NCBI GenBank assembly: GCA_050948785.1 | Contig: JBMNEM010000004.1 | Span: forward strand, 68,288 to 132,287 | DNA length: 64,000 nucleotides | Direction: 5' to 3' | From: Dethiobacteria bacterium | GTDB taxonomy: Bacteria > Bacillota > Dethiobacteria > DTU022 > UBA8154 | Shown here: positions 59,757 to 64,000 of the stretch, piece by piece | Layout: each line of letters begins with the position of its first letter | Position numbering within the stretch: the stretch's first letter is position 1 | The notes under the pieces: model-generated | Told to the model about the DNA's origin: nothing | Database searches by the model: none | What the model saw: the letters and a program-made list of their open reading frames with translations, nothing else | Made by a program: the position numbers and the translations under genes

Positions 59757-61046
59757 TCAGGATTCTAAACCGGTCATGATCTCAAAGAAACCGGGGAAGA
59801 AAGCCTGCACCGCTTCTACTCCGCTGATCACTGATTCGCTCCCGGCAAAAAGAGCTGCCGTAGCCAGAGACATGGCTATACGATGATCACCGTGACTTGC
59901 ACAGCGGGCGCCGGAAAGTTTGGCCCCACCCTTGATTACCAGCCTGTTCGGAAACTCTTCAATTAATGCTCCCATCTTCTGCAGTTCAAGAGAGATGGAT
60001 CGCAGCCGGTCTAATTCCTCCGCCCGCAATACAGAGATCCCGTTTATAACCGTATCACCTTCTGCCAATAGAGCAGCTGCAATAAAAACAGGTATCTCTT
60101 CTACTATCCGCGGGAGCATCTCCCCGCATATTTCCACCCCTGTTAACTTTCCACCACCTTTTACATGGAGATCCGCAACCGGCTCGCAATTATACTCCCT
60201 GGCATTCAAGAAGCTAATCGTGGCCCCCATTTGCCCCAAAACATCGAGAATACCGGTCCTGGAAGGGTTAACACCTACATCTTCAACATAGAGTTCCCCG
60301 CGTGGTGCCAGTACCGCCGCTACAATAAAAAAAGTGGCTGCAGAAAGATCACCGGGAAGGTGAAATCTTTCGCCCTTTAATTTGACGGGGCTTTGCAATC
60401 TAATGTGGTATTCCCCCAATTTTTTAATCCCGGCACCCAAATAACGCAGTGCTCTTTCAGTATGATCCCTGGTGCCGTAAGGATCAATAATTTCTGATAC
60501 TCCCCGGCTGTAAAGAGCGGCAACCAGAAGAGCAGACTTTACCAGGGCATCGGGAACAGGCAGGGTATAATTGATGGGCAGCAGATCATATCCCCTGATA
60601 GACAGAGGCAGAAGCTTGTTGTTCTGCCGACCACTGACAGCAGCGCCCATCTGCTGCAAAGATGCAGTAATCCGCTGCATGGGGCGCCTGCGCAGCAAAC
60701 TGCCTCCCGTTAATGTGGAGTAAAACGGCTGCCCTGCCAGAAGCCCCGCCAAAAAACATGCCGTGGTCTCTGAATTTCCTGCATCCAGAACATTGTCCGG
60801 TTCTTTGAAGCCACGCAGACCTTTTCCTTTTACTTTCAAACTTTCCCCGTTACCCTCGAATTCCACACCCAGTTCTTTTAAACATTTCAATGTAGATAAT
60901 GTCTCCCCCACTGCGGAAAGACCTTCAATCTCCATCACGTTCTCTGTCAAAGAGGAGAAAAACAAAGCCCTGTGCGCAATCGATTGGTCCCCCGGTACCT
61001 TTATCTGCCCCTCGATTTTCTCTACAGGATTGATAGTAATCTCCAT
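59757..61046 (-). CDS. aroA: 3-phosphoshikimate 1-carboxyvinyltransferase (EPSP synthase)
   Basis: IEGQIKVPGDQSIAHRALFFSSL matches EPSPS. I chose the ATG at 61046, with AAGGA 8 nt upstream. The track start at 61055 has its RBS abutting the ATG. Confidence 0.88.
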   Translation of the reverse strand: MEITINPVEKIEGQIKVPGDQSIAHRALFFSSLTENVMEIEGLSAVGETLSTLKCLKELGVEFEGNGESLKVKGKGLRGFKEPDNVLDAGNSETTACFLAGLLAGQPFYSTLTGGSLLRRRPMQRITASLQQMGAAVSGRQNNKLLPLSIRGYDLLPINYTLPVPDALVKSALLVAALYSRGVSEIIDPYGTRDHTERALRYLGAGIKKLGEYHIRLQSPVKLKGERFHLPGDLSAATFFIVAAVLAPRGELYVEDVGVNPSRTGILDVLGQMGATISFLNAREYNCEPVADLHVKGGGKLTGVEICGEMLPRIVEEIPVFIAAALLAEGDTVINGISVLRAEELDRLRSISLELQKMGALIEEFPNRLVIKGGAKLSGARCASHGDHRIAMSLATAALFAGSESVISGVEAVQAFFPGFFEIMTGLES

Positions 61047-61059
61047 TTTTATCATCCTT

Positions 61060-61442
61060 TCGTTATAAAAAAGCTCCCGTCCTTAGAGACGGAAGCTTTG
61101 GCTTCACGCGGTACCACTCTGCTTAGGCACATAGTGCCTCCCTCTTTCCAGGGTACGGGCTAAAATGTTCCAGCCTTATACCCCCTCCCTTTTAACGGTG
61201 GAAGTTTCCGTCAAAACCTACTGCCCGTCAAGGCATTCTCCACTTGATCACTCCCACCATTGGTTTTCTTCTTGGAGTGAGTTAGATTTTATTGCCTTTG
61301 ATCGGTTTTTCAGCCTGCAACTCCAGAGGGAACTTCTTCTGGTTGTTATACTGAGGGTCTTTCAGCCCGCGGACCACCCATCTCTGTAGTAAACTTCACC
61401 AGTCTACTTTCCTCTTTCACAGTCTTTAAATTGATTAAATGT
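61060..61442 (-). promoter_or_regulatory. T-box riboswitch leader of aroA
   Basis: Minus-strand AGAGUGGUACCGCGUG (revcomp of 61105-61120) matches the T-box consensus. The terminator AAGCTTCCGTC-tctaag-GACGGGAGCTT plus TTTTTTAT (61065-61098) ends about 20 nt before the aroA RBS. A Stem-I-like 5' region has AGUA, GAAAG and AACC elements. Confidence 0.7.
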
Positions 61443-61449
61443 AAGGTCA

Positions 61450-61479
61450 ATTGTAACACAGGATTTTTTACTCTGTCAA
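61450..61479 (-). promoter_or_regulatory. sigmaA promoter for the T-box leader and aroA
   Basis: Minus strand TTGACA (revcomp of 61474-61479), 18 nt, TGtTACAAT (-10 at revcomp of 61450-61455). Confidence 0.5.
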
Positions 61480-61504
61480 CTATTTATTTTTGAGCTTCAC
61501 CAAG

Positions 61505-62062
61505 TTAATTTTCCAGAGCTTCTTTTACCCCATCATGTTTTGCAGCTATCTCCTTCACCTGCTTGAGTTCTTCAAATGAAAGCACGCGCTCAGGGTCAAG
61601 GAGCAAGATGATTCTCTCAGCTGATTTCGCCATCCCTTTTAAATGTTCTGACCGGATATCGTCAGCAAATTCCCTGTCAACCAGCTGGATATTTTCGGCG
61701 TGAAAACTCATGATATCGGAAACACGATCCACAATCATGCCCATGGTTTTTTTATTGACCTCAATTACAATGATCACCGTAAATTCATCATATTTTTGCC
61801 CGGACTGAAGGTCGAATTTGCGATGCATGTCGATCACCGGGATTACTTTCCCCCGGAAGTTGATGACACCACTGATCACCGGATTGGAATTGAAAACCCT
61901 GGTCGGTTTCTTGTAACGGATAATTTCCTGCACCAGCATAATATCTATACCGTACTCTTCCGTGCCAATCCAAAAAGTTACATACTGGTTTTCTGTAGAA
62001 CTTTTAGACTGCCAGTCTTGAACACCCAGGGCACTGTCCCCTGTTTGTTCCTTCAGAACCAT
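61505..62062 (-). CDS. cheW: chemotaxis coupling protein CheW
   Basis: 185 aa: YVTFWIGTEEYGIDIMLVQEII...GVINFRGKVIPVIDM. Confidence 0.9.
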   Translation of the reverse strand: MVLKEQTGDSALGVQDWQSKSSTENQYVTFWIGTEEYGIDIMLVQEIIRYKKPTRVFNSNPVISGVINFRGKVIPVIDMHRKFDLQSGQKYDEFTVIIVIEVNKKTMGMIVDRVSDIMSFHAENIQLVDREFADDIRSEHLKGMAKSAERIILLLDPERVLSFEELKQVKEIAAKHDGVKEALEN

Positions 62063-62077
62063 TTTTTTCCCCCCTGA

Positions 62078-64000
62078 TTAAAACTTCTCGAAATCTTCCT
62101 CACAAAAATCAAAATCGTTCTCTTGGTCAGCGGCAACCGTTAATGCGACCTCTTTTTTCTTGAATTTTTCCCGGAAATTGTTGTTTTTTTTGTAAACCAT
62201 GTCTTCCTTTTTCAATATACTTCTCTGGTTTTGATGCCCATTTTCTGCAATCTTGAAGAAGCTGACTCTTTCGGCCAGCTCCACCGCTTCGCTGTTCATA
62301 TTTTCACTGGAACTGGCGATCTCTTCTACCAGGGAGGCGTTCTGCTGGGTAACCTGATTAAGTTCCTCAATGGCATCGCGGATATCTTTCTCCGCCGCGG
62401 TCTGCTCCTGCAATGCGGCAGCTATTTCCCCGACAACATCGCCGGCCTTTTCGGTATCGGTCACGATCTCCCTTAAAACATTCTCCGTTTCGCTCATAAG
62501 TGCATTACCATTATCCACCCTGGCAATGCTGTCCTTGATTCGTTTCTCAATCTCTTTGGCTGCATCGGCCGCGCGACCAGCCAAGTTACGCACCTCAGCC
62601 GCCACTACGGCAAAACCCCGGCCCTGCTCACCGGCACGGGCTGCCTCCACGGCAGCATTTAAAGCAAGAAGGTTGGTCTGAAAAGCAATGTCGTTGACTG
62701 TCGCAATAATCTCAGCAATCTCCTGGCTGCCCCGTGTAATTTCTTCCATGGCCTGCTGCAAATCCTCCATCGCTTTCTCTCCCCGGTGCACGCTCTCCAC
62801 GGTCCCTTTGGCAAGGTTGTCCGCCTCGGCAGCATTGGCCGAAGATGCTTCCAGGGAGGAGGCAATCTCCTCAATGGTGGAGGCAATCTCCTCCAGGGAA
62901 GAAGCCTGCTCCTGGGTACGCTGAGAAAGATCCTGATTACCGGAAGAAATCTCAGAGGAGGCGTGCGAGACATTCTGTGCAGCTTCCTGGACCATATAAA
63001 GGGTTTCGCTTAAAGCCTGCACCGTCCGGTTTAAATGTTCGGACATCTGTCCAATTTCATCCTGGGAGGTAACTTCCGCTTTTACGGTGAAATCCCCCTC
63101 GGCCAGCTTCACCGTCAGGTCGCTCACTTTTTCCACGGGACGTACAATGGTCAGCGCAATAAAATAGGCTGCCCCGGCAATCAGGACTGCACAAATTATG
63201 GCGATAGCGATCATGAGATTCCTCATCCCCACCACTCCCGCCAGGACCTCCGCCGCCTCAACTTCCACGACAAAGCCCGCAAACCTGTCTCCTACCCTGA
63301 TCACACTCAGGGCGCCAAGCACGTCATTACCCAGATAATTCCTGTACTCCTCATGCTGGTAGAAATCATAATTACCGTTTTTGATTTGGCCGGAGAGTAG
63401 CTCAGCAGCCCTAGTGTTGATCTTCTGCTTCAGCGCGGCATCCTGCGCATACTCTCCAAACCTTGTATCAGTCAACAACAGTCCCTCCGCATCGAGCAAA
63501 TAGGAGTCCGCGGTCCGGCCCAATTCTTCTATCCCCTCGTGAACGGCCGTATCTATTAAGGCTTGATCTAATGCCAAGTTTACTGTACCGATAATTTCGC
63601 CGGTACTGCCATTACTTCTAAGTGGGAAGGATATGGCCTGAACATTTTCCTGAACAACATCGGAATAAAAGATTCCCGACCAGGTAGCCTGGCCTTCCAA
63701 GGCGCCCTGGATATAATCTCTTCCGGAAAAATCCGCCTCCAGCATCTGTTCATGAGTACTGTAAATTATTTTTCCGTCAGGCGGTGTGATAAAAAAGAAC
63801 TCATAACCAAATTCTTGTACCGCCGTGGAAACCAGGCAATCCAGAATATTTACTCTCTCTTGCCAGCGAGAATCGGCAGTATCCCAACCAGCCTCCTTTA
63901 AAACATTCAGACTCTGATAAACATCCCTGGTGCTCGCCAAAACCTTTACATCCGCTTCCTTGCCGTCATAAAATTCCTCTAGCTGCTGATCTACTATGGT
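62078..64000 (-). CDS. methyl-accepting chemotaxis protein (Cache-type sensor; N-terminus beyond window end)
   Basis: It has a C-terminal MA signalling domain, HAMP, a TM ([22 protein letters not shown]) and a periplasmic Cache-like domain. The frame stays open through position 64000; the track start is an internal TTG. Confidence 0.85.
   Translation of the reverse strand, partial: TIVDQQLEEFYDGKEADVKVLASTRDVYQSLNVLKEAGWDTADSRWQERVNILDCLVSTAVQEFGYEFFFITPPDGKIIYSTHEQMLEADFSGRDYIQGALEGQATWSGIFYSDVVQENVQAISFPLRSNGSTGEIIGTVNLALDQALIDTAVHEGIEELGRTADSYLLDAEGLLLTDTRFGEYAQDAALKQKINTRAAELLSGQIKNGNYDFYQHEEYRNYLGNDVLGALSVIRVGDRFAGFVVEVEAAEVLAGVVGMRNLMIAIAIICAVLIAGAAYFIALTIVRPVEKVSDLTVKLAEGDFTVKAEVTSQDEIGQMSEHLNRTVQALSETLYMVQEAAQNVSHASSEISSGNQDLSQRTQEQASSLEEIASTIEEIASSLEASSANAAEADNLAKGTVESVHRGEKAMEDLQQAMEEITRGSQEIAEIIATVNDIAFQTNLLALNAAVEAARAGEQGRGFAVVAAEVRNLAGRAADAAKEIEKRIKDSIARVDNGNALMSETENVLREIVTDTEKAGDVVGEIAAALQEQTAAEKDIRDAIEELNQVTQQNASLVEEIASSSENMNSEAVELAERVSFFKIAENGHQNQRSILKKEDMVYKKNNNFREKFKKKEVALTVAADQENDFDFCEEDFEKF

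Noticed and set aside
61340-61375. Second T-box-like sequence GGGUGGUCCGCGG suggesting a tandem T-box
   Set aside because: It lies only about 80 nt from the predicted transcription start, with no room for a preceding Stem I. Its context (AGAGA...GAAAG...AACC) fits the Stem I distal region, so I treat the leader as a single T-box.

Overview
This window reads as a core chromosomal segment from an anaerobic, endospore-forming Firmicute, most likely of the Clostridia/Peptococcaceae type. Nearly all genes are on the minus strand. The backbone is housekeeping: gltX(partial), the rimP-nusA-ylxR-infB-rbfA-nrnA-truB-ribF-rpsO-pnp block, frr-pyrH, uppS-cdsA-dxr-rseP-ispG, ftsK, recA, rny, rnj, uppP, dut and dapA. 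Sporulation markers are present: spoVS, dipicolinate synthase dpaA/dpaB, a DUF1657 protein, a TepA/YlzJ-like pair, and polysaccharide deacetylases with VanW proteins. Less ordinary content includes three membrane subunits (beta, biotin-carrier, gamma) of a Na+-translocating biotin decarboxylase with no carboxyltransferase subunit nearby. There is also a minus-strand cluster that looks like the lower benzoyl-CoA pathway: 6-oxocyclohex-1-ene-1-carbonyl-CoA hydrolase (BamA/Oah-like), an enoyl-CoA hydratase, a Zn-dependent alcohol dehydrogenase (Had-like) and a PaaI-type thioesterase. A TPP riboswitch sits in front of thiW-thiM, and a T-box leader sits in front of aroA. I saw no CRISPR array, transposase, integrase, tRNA or rRNA gene. 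I flag the following for follow-up: a duplicated promoter-plus-operator module in front of two adjacent genes (a small membrane protein and a short FtsH-like protease that is translationally coupled to a membrane metallophosphoesterase); a GC-rich nested inverted-repeat element in the dpaA upstream region; an AT-rich orphan gene where ymdB normally sits; several tandem or inverted repeats in intergenic regions; and a synteny break upstream of pyrH. All calls come from reading the sequence and translations by eye, with no database search.
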